A stretch of DNA of 64,000 bases, taken from Oopsacas minuta (taxonomy: Eukaryota; Animalia; Porifera). Shown piece after piece: positions 1-12,573 of the stretch. The first letter of the stretch is position 1, and each line of letters starts with the position of its first letter. Below the pieces are notes generated by a model. The model saw only the letters and a list, made by a program, of their open reading frames with translations, searched no databases and was not told the DNA's origin. The stretch is taken from NCBI GenBank assembly GCA_024704765.1, contig JAKMXF010000111.1, positions 1 through 64,000 on the forward strand. Reading direction: 5' to 3'. The position numbers and the translations under genes are program-made.

Positions 1-945
1 AAATCTACTTCAAAACAGACTTGACTTCCTCCGAGATCGTTCACTGATTAACTAATGCAAGCTCTAGCATCTTCTTAGCCAGTTCAGCATACTCTCATCG
101 ACTCACAGCCTTCAAATCCTTCTACAATCACATCAAAATCCTTCACTGCTATCCATTTCAATCATTTAGTTACTTGAACTTGTCCTGAATGTGTGTTCTA
201 TAATACGCAGAAGATACTGTCGCTCCTTTCCTTATTTTCCTAAAATTCTGAGCCCCCTCAGATTCCCAGAATGAATAGAAATAAAAGGAAAACTGAACTG
301 CCTCCATCAACTACTCAACTTCCTTAAATCCACTCAGCCAGCCATTTCAGTCACTTCTCAGCTACTATCCAATAAAAATCAATCCTTCAGAACACTAAAA
401 TCTACTTCAAAACAGACTTGACTTCCTCCGAGATCGTTCACTGATTAACTAATGCAAGCTCTAGCATCTTCTTAGCCAGTTCAGCATACTCTCATCGACT
501 CACAGCCTTCAAATCCTTCTACAATCACATCAAAATCCTTCACTGCTATCCATTTCAATCATTTAGTTACTTGAACTTGTCCTGAATGTGTGTTCTATAA
601 TACGCAGAAGATACTGTCGCTCCTTTCCTTATTTTCCTAAAATTCTGAGCCCCCTCAGATTCCCAGAATGAATAGAAATAAAAGGAAAACTGAACTGCCT
701 CCATCAACTACTCAACTTCCTTAAATCCACTCAGCCAGCCATTTCAGTCACTTCTCAGCTACTATCCAATAAAAATCAATCCTTCAGAACACTAAAATCT
801 ACTTCAAAACAGACTTGACTTCCTCCGAGATCGTTCACTGATTAACTAATGCAAGCTCTAGCATCTTCTTAGCCAGTTCAGCATACTCTCATCGACTCAC
901 AGCCTTCAAATCCTTCTACAATCACATTAAAATCGTTCACTGCGA
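1..945. repeat. 397-bp tandem repeat (about 2.4 copies, may continue left of the window)
   Basis: AAATCTACTTCAAAACAGACTTGAC starts at 1, 398 and 795 (period 397). Copies 1 and 2 look identical; the third diverges near 927-945. Confidence 0.95.
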
Positions 946-1143
946 TGCATTACTCTACTCAAATGCACTGCTTACCCCCTTAGTCAAACCTAGAAAACCT
1001 AATCCTGGCAAAATTTCATTCAGATAGTGAACTACCACCTAGATCCACACAGCCGTCTCTCTGGTTCACCTGTTTCATCTAGAATCCTATCAAACGCCAT
1101 CCGGCTACTTTAATGTACTTGAAATCACCTTGACTTCTTCCTC

Positions 1144-1480
1144 CATGCTGGTTATAAGAGCATGTCCTTATAAAACATGCTGGTTATAAGCATTTGTTCT
1201 TATATAAGACATGCCGGTTATAAGAACATGTCCTTATAAGACATGCTGGTTGTAAGAACATGCCTTTATTAGACATACTAGTTTTAAGAACTTGTTCGTA
1301 TATATGTCATATTGGCTATAAGAACATGTTCTTATTTAAGACATTTTGGTTATAAGAACTTCTTCTTATATAAGACCTGTTGGTTATAAGAACTTGTTCT
1401 TATATAAGACCTGTTGGTTATAAGAACATGTTATTATATAAGACATGCTGGTTATAAGAACATGTTCTTGTCTAAGACAT
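1144..1480. repeat. About 33-35-bp minisatellite (about 10 units) with palindromic core TATAAGAACATGTTCTTATA
   Basis: Repeated GGTTATAAGAACATGTTCTTATATAAGACATGCT-like units, head to tail, degenerate, with no unique spacers. Confidence 0.92.
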
Positions 1481-1677
1481 TCAAAGACATTTCTTATAAT
1501 ATATGAGCATTCCTTACATTCACAGGGTCTCTATCCAACGATATCAACATTGGTTTAATATTAAATATCGCGAATTTGCTATTATTTATACAATTACAGG
1601 TAACAGGAAGTTACATATTTATGTCCTTACAATAACAGCATAAATATACAAAATTTCATAAAATTCCTGGTGAGTCA

Positions 1678-2989
1678 TCATTTTTGGTTGAATTGGGAAA
1701 TTAGATTCTTTACGCCAGAGGTTGGTTTGCTAAAGGTATTGATATAACTACTGTCTATTACTGCTTCTGCGGTTGAAATTTTCTTTCCTACGCTTTGCTG
1801 ACAGTCTCGGCAACTGAGGCTCGGGATATACGAATATTCTGAAGTATTTCCGCCTATTATTCTTTCTTGTCTTACGTAGGAATAGTTAAGATCTCCTTCT
1901 TCTACTGAATCGCAGCTCAGAGGGAGAGCAGCATCTATTGTGAAGTCTCGCACATAAGTATAAGGAGATATCTTTCTAATCTACAAAGCAAATAATAATA
2001 AGAACTTAATCTATTTGATACACGACAGTACAAACCTTGTCTGCCCATAATTTAGCTTGATCCTCCTTAGGGAAGCGAATAGTATACATAGCATCTGATT
2101 CTTTGAGTTGAATCTCATTCTTAACAGCTTGTACTATCACACACTGCTCTAGGTTAATTACAGCTAAAGGAGGTGTGTAAGTCAATCTAGGTCCGAATAG
2201 TATAAATATATTCTGTAGACAGCAATATAAGTTCTTTACAAACGCTTTATTCTTTCCAGATTGGAGGCTAACGCAACTTTCTATCATTTGAAATTTCCCA
2301 TTTGATACCATTGTAAAATCTGTCATTTCCGCGGGAAATACATCTGAATATCTAAAATAAGAAATGATACGTTATAAGAGGCGTTAAATGTATTATACGT
2401 TTATCATAACTAACCTTGTAATTAAGGTATCATCAACACTAGGGATGTTAGATGTAGTGTTCCTTGGTGCATAATGTGTGTCAAGAGAGAAGTACTTCTG
2501 TTGTTTCTTCTTCTTAGATGGCTTAATGCTTGTAGAAACCTCGGTATGAAGAAGAGAAGTAAGATTAACATAATAAGACTCTGACATATCTTTGCTATCC
2601 ACAAGATTACCAACACTATTAGAACGTTTCTAAAATATAAACATGAGCTATTATCCATCGGTAAAATCACATAAATTGATGCTATTATATCTTACTTTAG
2701 TTGTAGAAAGCTTCCTAATTTGTTTAGACCTTTTATTCTTAAGGGTTTCTACTTCAACTTTAGGTTCTATTGACTTTACTCGTTGCCATTTCTCTAATAC
2801 AAATTCAAAACTAATCTTCATTTGATCTCTGCTCTTTATTAGATCTTGAGAAAGGTTGTCTGGGACTTTTTCAATAAATCCCAATCCTCCTATAAATTCA
2901 ATAGATAATATTTTAGTGAAATTACAGAATACACATTACTCACCGATTAAAACCATCATAGTTTCCCTCATTAATGTATCTCCATCCAT
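1678..2989 (-). CDS. Uncharacterised PH-domain adaptor with Tyr-motif C-terminus (multi-exon)
   Basis: Exons about 2989-2944, 2889-2690, 2630-2400, 2340-2035, 1979-1678 joined by GT-AG introns. PH-like exon (PPLAVINLEQC...YTIRFPKEDQAKLWADKV). Last exon has several Tyr motifs (YSYV, EYSYI, SSYINTF). Start codon uncertain. Confidence 0.65.
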
Positions 2990-3293
2990 ATCCCGGCCCT
3001 CAAATCAAATATTATCTCCATTCCCGGCGGACAAATATATATCTAAAGGTTTGTATCAAATAGAGCATATAGCAATAATTCTGCTGAATCTGAGCATATT
3101 AAGTTACAGTAATGCTAAGAACCATAAATCTGATATCTTTTTTGAACCAAAAAAGAACTATTTGATGATGCTCAAGGTAAATTATAATTTGCAACAAATG
3201 TATCACACTTGATAGAAAATAACGTTAAAGATTAAATTTACAGATAAAATATACAAATGAAATAATACAACAATAAAATCAAGCATGTACAAA

Positions 3294-5672
3294 CTATGAT
3301 GCATCTTCGTTATCTGACAAATCATCCCAGCTGGAAATTGTTGCCTTTGGATCATTTTCTCTCTGCAAATTATCTATTATAGGATTATGAACATTACCAG
3401 TGTCATCACTCATTAAATTGGTAGGAATAGTAAGCATAGGATTATCAGGTTTAGGAGCTAGCTTAGAATAAGGATTCTGGTCATCTTCTCCTATAACTGT
3501 GAATATAGAATCTCTATTATCATTAGCTATATTGATTGTTTCATCAATTGTATCTGTAATAAATGTATTAACTAAATCTGAGAGAGGTTCATATTCAGCT
3601 CCTTCATTAAACTCATTGCTATGCTGAAACACATTGAAACTAGTCCTTACAGAAGGAATAGGCTTAATATGAGCAGTAGCAGATGGTGGAGGTCTTGATA
3701 GTTGCGTTTCTGTTTGAGCTCGCATTCTAATCCTTGGAAGAGGTCTGGGTGGTGGTAAGGTAGCTGGAGGTTGATCAGGTACAAAGTTCAAATAATCAGG
3801 CTCCATTTCTATCCTTCTATCAGCTAACAACATATGTACTTGCTCACCAGAGCACATTATTATACTATTTCCCTGTCTAGCACTCACAAATCCGCTAGCA
3901 AAGTTAGTAGAGTTAATATGTAATACAGATAGACCAGGTTCAATACGATGGTCTCTATCAGCAGCTCCATCAGGTGAAATGCTAGCTATTACAACGTCTG
4001 AGCTATCACTCCCACTACTACTAGCTAGCTCTATACCAAATACCTCATGCTGTTGTCTTGTTAGTGTAATGTCCCGCAGTCCTAGCAACACAGGTTCGTG
4101 TCGGAATGTTATCTTAACAGGATCAGGACACATACTGAGTAGTTGTATGACGTCAGAGTGAGCAGCTTGGTCAAGAGATATCCCATTGATAGCTAAGATT
4201 CTATCTCCTATTTGTATATCTGGGTACCTGTGTGCTGCTCCAAACGGTTGAATCTCAGTGATATAAATACCAGGGATATCCTCTCTCCGTAGCACGTGTG
4301 TAGGTCTATCTACTCCACCCAGTAGCTTAATACCTAGCAGTCCACCGCCTCTATAAACCTCTACAGTATGTGTGCTGTATACCTGAGGTCTCTCTTTGAA
4401 TAGGACAGTGCCTTTTCCGCCTCTCTTGGTAGGGACAGGGGGAACAACCTCTCCATCAGGAAGCTTGTTCTTACGCTTTATTGCAGTCTCTACAATCTGT
4501 TTGGCATCTTGGAAGTTAGCTAATCTCGGATCTAGCAGAATTGATTCCAAGAATACTAAGTTCATTTTCACGAAACGAATTTGTGGAAATAAAATGGATG
4601 TTTGTAGCAATCTCTTCTTCGGATCTTCAGATACCCATTGCATTACTATCTCATACATAACCTAAGGCAAATAATGAAATACATTTATAATTATAACGTA
4701 ATCTCTTACCTCATCACTCTCAATTAAGAGTCTTTCTATCTGAATAATCTCTAGAAGATCAGGAGGAGAGAGCATCAAGAAATCTCGTACTTTAGACACA
4801 ACTACGAAATTCTGTCGAATAAACTCCTCTGCTATTTCAACCAAAGATCTACAATCAAATTTTCTAGCTAATCTTCTTATTCTAATGCAATTGCACGCGG
4901 CAAGTATTTGAAACATAAATCTATTGCAAGTCTCGAATAGAGAAGGAAATGTCATTAACTTAGCTGCACAGAATAAATCAAATACATTTTCATCTGTAAT
5001 CATTATCCTGCCTGTATAGATGTAACTTATCATTAATTTGAAGCAATTAATATTGAGATCTTCAATTTCTATTGTCGCTTGGGTGTCTGTCTCTGCGAAT
5101 TCTCCCAGGAACATTCCTACAAACATATTTCAGTAAATTAAATATATAAATATCTAGCAGCTACGAACCTTCAAAATAGTTAGTAGCCCCTGTTAATATA
5201 TTTTTATGAGCGTATACTTCACAGTTATCAACCTTGAAAGTGACGTCACATAAGTCTCCCTGCTCTCTCAAAGAATTGAGATAGTCTAGAGTGTACAGAC
5301 AATGAGCACTGTCATATAATTCTATTTCTTTTTGCTGTCCGTGTGCTACAACCTATATACATTGAATAAATAAAACCACTTGTTTATTATCAATACTATT
5401 TGTATTACCTTTGGAGAAGGAGCGTTAACAAGCGCAGAATTATATTGTTTGGCAGGATTATTGTTAGATAACTTGTTAGTAGAGTTAGATAGTGGATGAT
5501 CAGCACTGTTACTACGACGTAGCTTAGGAGCAGTTTGCAAATAAGCAGCTGATAATCTATTGCTTGAGATATGTTCTATTATGAAATCAGGACTAGAGGA
5601 TGGTGCAGATGCGAGGAGCGAGTTGGGAGAGAAAGGAAATTTGGGGAGAATATTCCTAATGCGCTTACTCAT
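3294..5672 (-). CDS. BTB-BACK domain protein with two C-terminal PDZ domains
   Basis: Spliced reading: LREQGDLCDVTFKVDNCEVYAHKNILTGATNYFE|GMFLGEFAE (BTB), NCIRIRRLARKFDC...SDE|VMYEIVMQWVSEDPKKR (BACK), then GGGLLGIKLLGG...IGDRILAING and EVFGIELA...GAADRDHRIEPG (PDZ x2). Introns near 5400-5355, 5170-5120 and 4710-4663. Confidence 0.9.
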
Positions 5673-6431
5673 CTAATTATTATGCTGCAAACAATAATTA
5701 TCCAATTATTGCAATATAAATTGTAGCTTTAGTAATATGATTGACTAGTAGGTGAAAGAGCTCTGAAAAAGACTGTATCATCGTAATTAATGCAATGATA
5801 TTTACATTAGCTCTATCATACAAATTGATTTGACGTAAATGCTAATTATCCGTCATTATAGCAAAAGAGCATAATGAGACCTTAAACTAAATAATAAGTA
5901 CGTTTAGTAAAAGTGAAAGTAAAACTAGAAGTAAAACTCGTAAAGTAATTACTATGTAAATATATGGACACAATGAATTATACCTTAAAATAATGAAAAA
6001 GTTTGCTTATGCAATTAGAGTATATTAATTAAAAGACAGACAAAACTAGCCTGAAGACAAAACAAACTATTCTCGCTGGTAATTTGTAAATGGTGCGATC
6101 AGCTCAACAAGACGAAAATTCAAAAAATCTGCAAACTATCGTTATATATTCTTGCACAATTATTTTTGATCTGTACATTCAGCTATATTTAGATCATTTG
6201 AAGGCGTAATTGTGCAATGGTTTTTATGATATTGAATATTTTACGAGAAGCATAGTTGTTGTACGCATTTACTGTCTAACTTGTTATTTCAAGGAAAGAT
6301 GAAAGTTGCAATCTGAAAAAGATAAATAGAGAATTATAAAAAGAAAATATCAGAATATTCAACAGCGAATTCAAGTAAGCTCGAAATAAATTTAGCCACA
6401 CTTATTCAATCTAAGTTATATTTCGAGTGAA

Positions 6432-6953
6432 ATGGACTCTCCAACAACCCCAACAACACCTAACAGTTGCAAATACTTTGAGGACTATGGACTAGATGCT
6501 ATTAGCTATAACATGTACTACTCTATGACCTGCAGCGCTTTGCAGTCGCCAGAGGAAGTACATAGAGACATATGCATACGCAAATGCGCTACAGTATCGC
6601 CTCTACTGAAGGATAATTGGATGGATCTCATATTCAAAGAGGATTTCCCCAATTTAATCTCCCTGGATAAAATTGTGCGTATATACAGCCTACAGCAGCT
6701 AACAGATATTCTTGCTAATGGAGATCTCCTGCCGGAGGAGAGAGAAATAATTAAAAAAATGCGTAGTAAAGCTAGAAACAATAAAGCAGCAAAGAACCTC
6801 AGGCAGAAGCATAAGGAGCAAGAGATGCAAGTAGATAAAGACGTGAGAACCCTTGAGAATCATAAGAAAGAGCTGATGAATGAGAAGAGTGAACTTACGA
6901 AGGAAATATTGCACTACCAATCCATGGGAATCTTACCTAGAAATAATGAATGA
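6432..6953 (+). CDS. Intronless CNC/Nrf-like bZIP transcription factor
   Basis: 173-aa ORF. CNC-type pre-basic segment (LPEEREIIKKMR), basic region RNNKAAKNLR, then a heptad zipper (V..L..L..L..I). Only plus-strand gene in the window. Confidence 0.8.
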   Translation: MDSPTTPTTPNSCKYFEDYGLDAISYNMYYSMTCSALQSPEEVHRDICIRKCATVSPLLKDNWMDLIFKEDFPNLISLDKIVRIYSLQQLTDILANGDLLPEEREIIKKMRSKARNNKAAKNLRQKHKEQEMQVDKDVRTLENHKKELMNEKSELTKEILHYQSMGILPRNNE

Positions 6954-7149
6954 TCCTACTTAACTATTCTACACATGGCCAAATAACTACACACAAAATA
7001 GCTTTAGCTGCCAGCTTGTCTAAACACATTATGATGCGCTAATTTGCTGCTTAATATTTGTATTAAATATTTATTTAAATTATTTTGCATTTACAAAGCT
7101 TAATTAAATATAATAAAAATATTAAAGTCCAAAATATACAAATCATTCG

Positions 7150-8253
7150 TTAGTTCTTGTTTGCTATTTTCCATTTTAGAAGTTTAACCCAATCGCCAGC
7201 TTCTGCATCAGAATTGGCTTGAAATAAGAAAGTTCTCTGTTCCGTAGAAAGAGAGAAACAATGAGGTTTATCATTAACAATCCTGTCACAAGCATTAGCT
7301 GTTTTAAGATCTATTTTACGAATTGGTTTAGAATCTCCTTTCCCGTCATAATAAGCTAATTGCATTTTTAGACATACAAACCAACGCAATTTCCAATTCT
7401 TACGAACTCGACCTATCTTTGTAAGGTAACCTTCTTTAGATGCAATACTCAATATAGAAGGAGTTGGTAATGATGTTGAGAAGTCTCCAGCCTCGTCAGT
7501 GTTCTTCCACTCAGCATGAACCTAAAATTAAAAAGAATAAATGCAAACTATTATACAATGGTTATTGCTTATAAGAACACGATTGGGAGTAGCAAAAAAC
7601 AATACCGTTACTAGCTAATTTTCTCAACCGCTGGTTATAACCCCGTGTACTTATAAGCCATTCCCACTGTATACAACTAATTTTATAGTCAAACTAACTT
7701 TAATTTCATCGTAGATGTTTGTTTCATCTATAGAACGAGGATAAGGGAACTTTAACATAGTCAGTGCTCCAGAGTCTCCGCCTATAACTGGATAGTTTGA
7801 GAAATGTTCCAACAATTCATCAACAGAATTAAATGTTCCCATTCCAAACTTAAACTCTATACCGTCCCAGGAAATTTCGTAATGTTTAACTGATTGAAAA
7901 CATCGAACAGAGAGGGCAAGCTTTAAGGCACGACATCCATTGTCCGTACTCGCCCTGAATAAATAGCTTCCTACCTGAATACAGCATATAATATACACGC
8001 ATATGGTAAATAGTGATCTCCATTCTACCTGCCCGTTTTCTAACAGAACACACTCTGAGATATGTCGTGACATCCCTGGATGGAAGAACTCAACCTTTTC
8101 CTTCATAATTTGCAATAGCTGGTGTTTATCAACTGGAATAGGTCCACCTCTCTCAGGGATGTTACAGGTTAGAGAAATCATTTGAGGAGTTAAGCCAGGA
8201 GTTTCCGGTTGATAACTGATCCGATTTATATCAATATCCAATTCTTGTGCCAT
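7150..8253 (-). CDS. DAPP1: DAPP1/Bam32-like SH2-PH adaptor
   Basis: SH2 (FFHPGMSRHISECVLLENGQ|VGSYLFRAS...VKHYEISWDG) followed by PH (SKEGYLTKIGRVRKNWKLRWF...WVKLLKWKI). Introns 8028-7975 and about 7695-7522. Confidence 0.9.
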
Positions 8254-8416
8254 TCATAAACTACAGCTACCTTATATATTAACCGAGCATTAATAGATTC
8301 AGTAAGAGGAGATATTAATTTGAATAATTACAAATATATATTCTGTAATTAAAATGTTTATGATTACAATATTAGTAATATGAAACAAATTCACATAATA
8401 CAGATTATGTACAATG

Positions 8417-11400
8417 TTACTGAGGCTTATTGATGAGAGAAGTTAATAACCGAGTGATGTCATCCATCTTAGTGTTGAGGGAAGAATACCTTGTGTTCAT
8501 ATCCGTTGCTAGGTTATCCAACTAAAAATATTAATAATATTAAGTCATATTACTAAACAAATAATTTCAGATTACCTTTTCATTATTTTGGGCAATCTGT
8601 CGTCTCAGCTCAGTAGAATCTCTCATCAGTGCATTCTCATTCAACTCATGTATTCTACTAGAATATCTCTGATGTTGTAATAACTGTTCATTGTCTACTT
8701 CAGGCAAATAATCTCTGGAGCTGAGAGATCCTCTCTCCACGAACTCATCAATACCATCTACCCCGTAGTACTTCTTCAATTTCCTAGTTGTGATAGATAC
8801 ATACTCAGTCCTCTGTTTGTGTCTAAAGTTGTAGAAACGAGCTATGAGAGAAGTGTCTTGAGATTGAATAATAAAGTTAAGTCTATACCAAGCCACTACC
8901 TTCAGGGCTACCTTCTTAACTTTTGAGTATCTGAATAAATGAACAAAATATTAACACAGAATTAAATACAGTCAACTCCTGTTATACCGAAACTCAAATG
9001 ACCGTGATAATTACTTCGATATAGCCGATGATATACGTTACTCTGACGGTTTTGCGACAATATTTGGACAATTTAGACTTCGATATAACAGGAGTTGACT
9101 GTACATTGATAGTACTAACCTATCTGTAAGCTGTGCGATCAGTAGATTGAGATATATAACACTAGTTATGAATACAAACACAAGAAATATGAACACAGAG
9201 AACCAATTGAGTCTCACGATATAATTATCAGCAAACACAGGACTCTGTTCTAACAGTACTCTGAGGCCCAATAAAGCAGAGTACCAAACCCGATCATCAT
9301 ATCCCTCTGAGTACATAGAAGGGTTAAGAGCGTCGAGTCTACAATCTGTCGCATTTGGACAGGTCCAAGAAACAGGCAGTCGTAGACTCACAAAATAAGC
9401 ACCAGAAAATACGAACAGTGTCCACCAGAAGAAAAGCAAGAAAGGCGGAATTTCAAAGAACGTAACACTAGCGAGGATTCGTATGTAAGTTCCAAAACTG
9501 TAATACACATTGAAAAGTTTGAAAATTCTCATACAATTCAATACAAAAGTGACAGGCATGAATATCCATTGTATCGGAGAAGACAAACCTCTCAGAATAA
9601 CCGTTATGAATAGAGAAATCAAACCTCCCTGATCAAACCAGTTGAAATTATCAGAGAAATAATCAATCAAAAATCTAGTAATAAATATATTAGAAAGAAA
9701 ATGAGCGAGTTTCTCTCTAAAAGTCATATCTTTCATTTTATAAAGACTTTGATCAGGTTTGGATTGTGAATCTTCTGGTGGCGGATCGTCATCTGCTTCT
9801 GGAGAAGATTTGAACATCATATGAGGGCTGGAGAACATACTAGCGTATTTCTCTTCAGCTTGTTGCTTCGTAGACAATCTTGCAACTAACTCTCTTTTGT
9901 GTTTAAGATACAAACTTGTCCTCTTCATAATCTCTACTATCTCTGTAATCTCTGTAATTACATTTGAGAACCAGAAACATACAACATAGAATTCTGCCAG
10001 GCCTCTCAGTACAGAAATAGCATCCAATCTGTATTCATTAGGATTTTCTTGTCCTGCTACTACCACAAATGAAGTGAACATAGAAAACAGAAACAGTAAG
10101 AATAGAACAGTTTTGTAGAACAGAAAGTATCTCCCAAACTTATTCATTTGCTGTTTGACATAGAGACGTACTGTGCCGTGGTAAGCCAAATCTTCAAGAC
10201 GATTGTCAGCTATGAGTTTCACAAAATACGGCTTAGAATACAGAAAGCCAGATTCACCAGGGAGATTGTTAGAAATATCTGTGTCTAAATACTTCAGCAT
10301 TACCTAAAATAAGATATAATAATGTACAGTGGATGCTCGTTATAAGCTCACAATTTCCTGTATATTTATGCCGGTTATAAGAACATGAATTTGCAACTCC
10401 CAAGGGTGTTCTTATAACCGGCATACATTGTTTAGATAAACAAATTTGTACAAGACAATACAGTGAAAATTCCACAAATGAGGTCAGTGGAAACGAGGTA
10501 GCAATTTCCAGCGTCTCTGGCCCCCATTTATAGAGGTTACACTATACCTTGAATTGACTAGTACTTCCATCGTCTGGTATAACCATTCTATCCAATAATG
10601 CTGCTGTAGATTTAAGAAGTTTCTGCTTAACAACTTTACACAGAGCATATTCCTGTGTACGAATATATTCATGTACATAATCCATATATGGACTCTCTCT
10701 TAATATCAACAGAGCAGCAGCAGAATCTCTACCGTTATCTAGCGCGATTTCAAGAGCAGAGTTACGCTTAGAATCTGTACAATGGAATGAGGCACCGCTG
10801 GTTACGAGCTCCATTATAGTAGACACGTGTCCATGCTCGCTAGCTACCATTAACGGAGTACGTAGATTCTCACGACACCGTACATCTATGCTAGCTCCGA
10901 ATGAAATGAGTATAGGGATTATGGAAGCACGACCCTTCGTAGCTGCTATGTAGAGACCTGTCTCACCTTCAAAGTTCGTCTGATCAACTGGACATTTGTT
11001 CCTATAACAATTAAGAGTACATTAATACAATGAAACCTCCATAAATGGGCTCTGTGGAAGCGGGGAACTTCTGGAAAAAGATATTAAAATGAACCTCTAC
11101 AAACGGTGTCCCTGATACTCTGTTTGTGGATGTCGATTATGAGAACACCATGTATAAGCACCATCCTCTGGAAATGGTTCTCATATATTCCTGCATGTTT
11201 ATACAGGTTATAAGAACACATATTGCTACTCACAAGAGTGTTCTTATAACCGGTATCCAGCGTACAAACTACCTTAATAACAACAGCACTACATTATCTA
11301 CACCAGATGCACAGGCATAATGTAGGGGAGTACATTGATAAACATCCTTAACATGAGTAGAAGCTTTGTTACACAACAAAAACTCTACTACAGTACTGTA

Positions 11401-12355
11401 TCCCTTCCTAGCAGCTAAGTGTAGTGGAGTACGTTCATCATCTGTACGTGCATGAATACTGCCATTATTTTCTATCAGAATCATCAGTACCTAATACATT
11501 AATGGCAATACCGTACACACATATGAGAAGTCTATAATTGGTACAAATATGGTCGCTAACCCATCAAATGAATATACAGTAAACTCTCGTTATAACAAAG
11601 TCGGATATCGCGAAATTCCAGTTATAACGAAGTGTTTTAGCCCATTAATAGATTTTACTCCGCTTATAAGGAAAATATAACGAATTAGTGTAGTCTCTTG
11701 AGCTCAGATATAACGGGAGTAAACTTACTTCCAAAGATCCTGAAAAAGCAGCATAATGCATAGCAGAGAATCCATATTCATCCTTCTCCCAGGGTGTAGC
11801 TCCCTCTTTCAATAATTTCTCTACAATATCCTTATTATTAAGCCTACAAGCTTGATGCAAACTATAAGTAAGATCGAATAATTCTTCCGGCTCGATATTC
11901 TCCTGTTTAAGTCTATTCAGTAGAATATACACAATATCAGTACGTCCGTAGGTGGAGGCAAGACAGAGGAGGTCTAGATTCTTCCCAGTACTCTCCGATT
12001 TCTCAGGGTCTGATAGTGGATTACTCTCGCCTTGCCTCATATATCTCATTGAATTTTCAGCTACAAATAATAATAATAATAACTTATCCATGGTACTATC
12101 AGTGAATAACCTACGCTGTAATGGGCAGTTACACAGTAACTGATGTTTAATAAGATCCATGTCGTGTTTATCCATTGCATCCTCTAGAGCGTTGAAATCG
12201 AGTATCTGTGAATGAAAATCTTTAACGCGAGTTTGCTTGAAAACTCGCGAAATTGACAACATAGGTAAAGGTGGGAGAGAAGCAGATGTTTCGACCTCTG
12301 GGTTGTTAGCTGAATTCACTTCCGTCAATTGTAATACATCAAAATTTGAGGCCAT
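8417..12355 (-). CDS. Ankyrin-repeat TRP cation channel (TRPA/TRPV-like)
   Basis: About 8 ankyrin repeats over exons 12355-11728, about 11490-11270 and about 11000-10545. Six-TM exon about 10300-9118 ends in S6 IYLNLLIAQLTDR|YSKV. C-terminal coiled-coil exons about 8922-8575 and 8520-8417. Confidence 0.88.
8969..9101. mobile_element. MITE family 1 (Tc1/mariner-pogo type, TIR CAGTCAACTCCYGTTATA, TA flanks)
   Basis: TIRs cagtcaactcctgttata / tataacaggagttgactg, flanked by TA, in a TRP intron. Related copies at about 11577-11726, 16845-16988, 23327-23413, 27602-27760, 30820-30863, 43232-43348, 47586-47660, 50621-50725, 56664-56820, 57760-57863, 63648-63799. Confidence 0.9.
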
Positions 12356-12573
12356 TACTAACTACACTGAAAATCCGTTAAATGAAATTCTCCCATTAAA
12401 TGTAACACAATAAAAGAAAATGTATTTCATATATCTTTATACAGCGAAAATATTGCAAGATCAAGATAAGCCATGAGTATATCATAACATATAACAAAAC
12501 ATAAACGGAAATAAAAACACTACAATAGAGATGTGGCAAGTGAGTTGCTGCTGCAGGGATCAAAGTGCGAAGT

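Noticed and set aside
1144-1480. CRISPR-like array of about 34-bp palindromic repeats
   Set aside because: Units are contiguous with no unique spacers, they are degenerate, there are no cas genes and the context is an intron-containing eukaryote.
3294-5672. Kelch-like (KLHL) gene symbol
   Set aside because: BTB-BACK is present but there are no Kelch repeats; PDZ domains follow instead.
9038-9117. ORF-track C-terminal extensions at 9038, 11645, 21354, 16452 and 30841
   Set aside because: They read through splice donors into intronic MITEs; they are not real protein termini.
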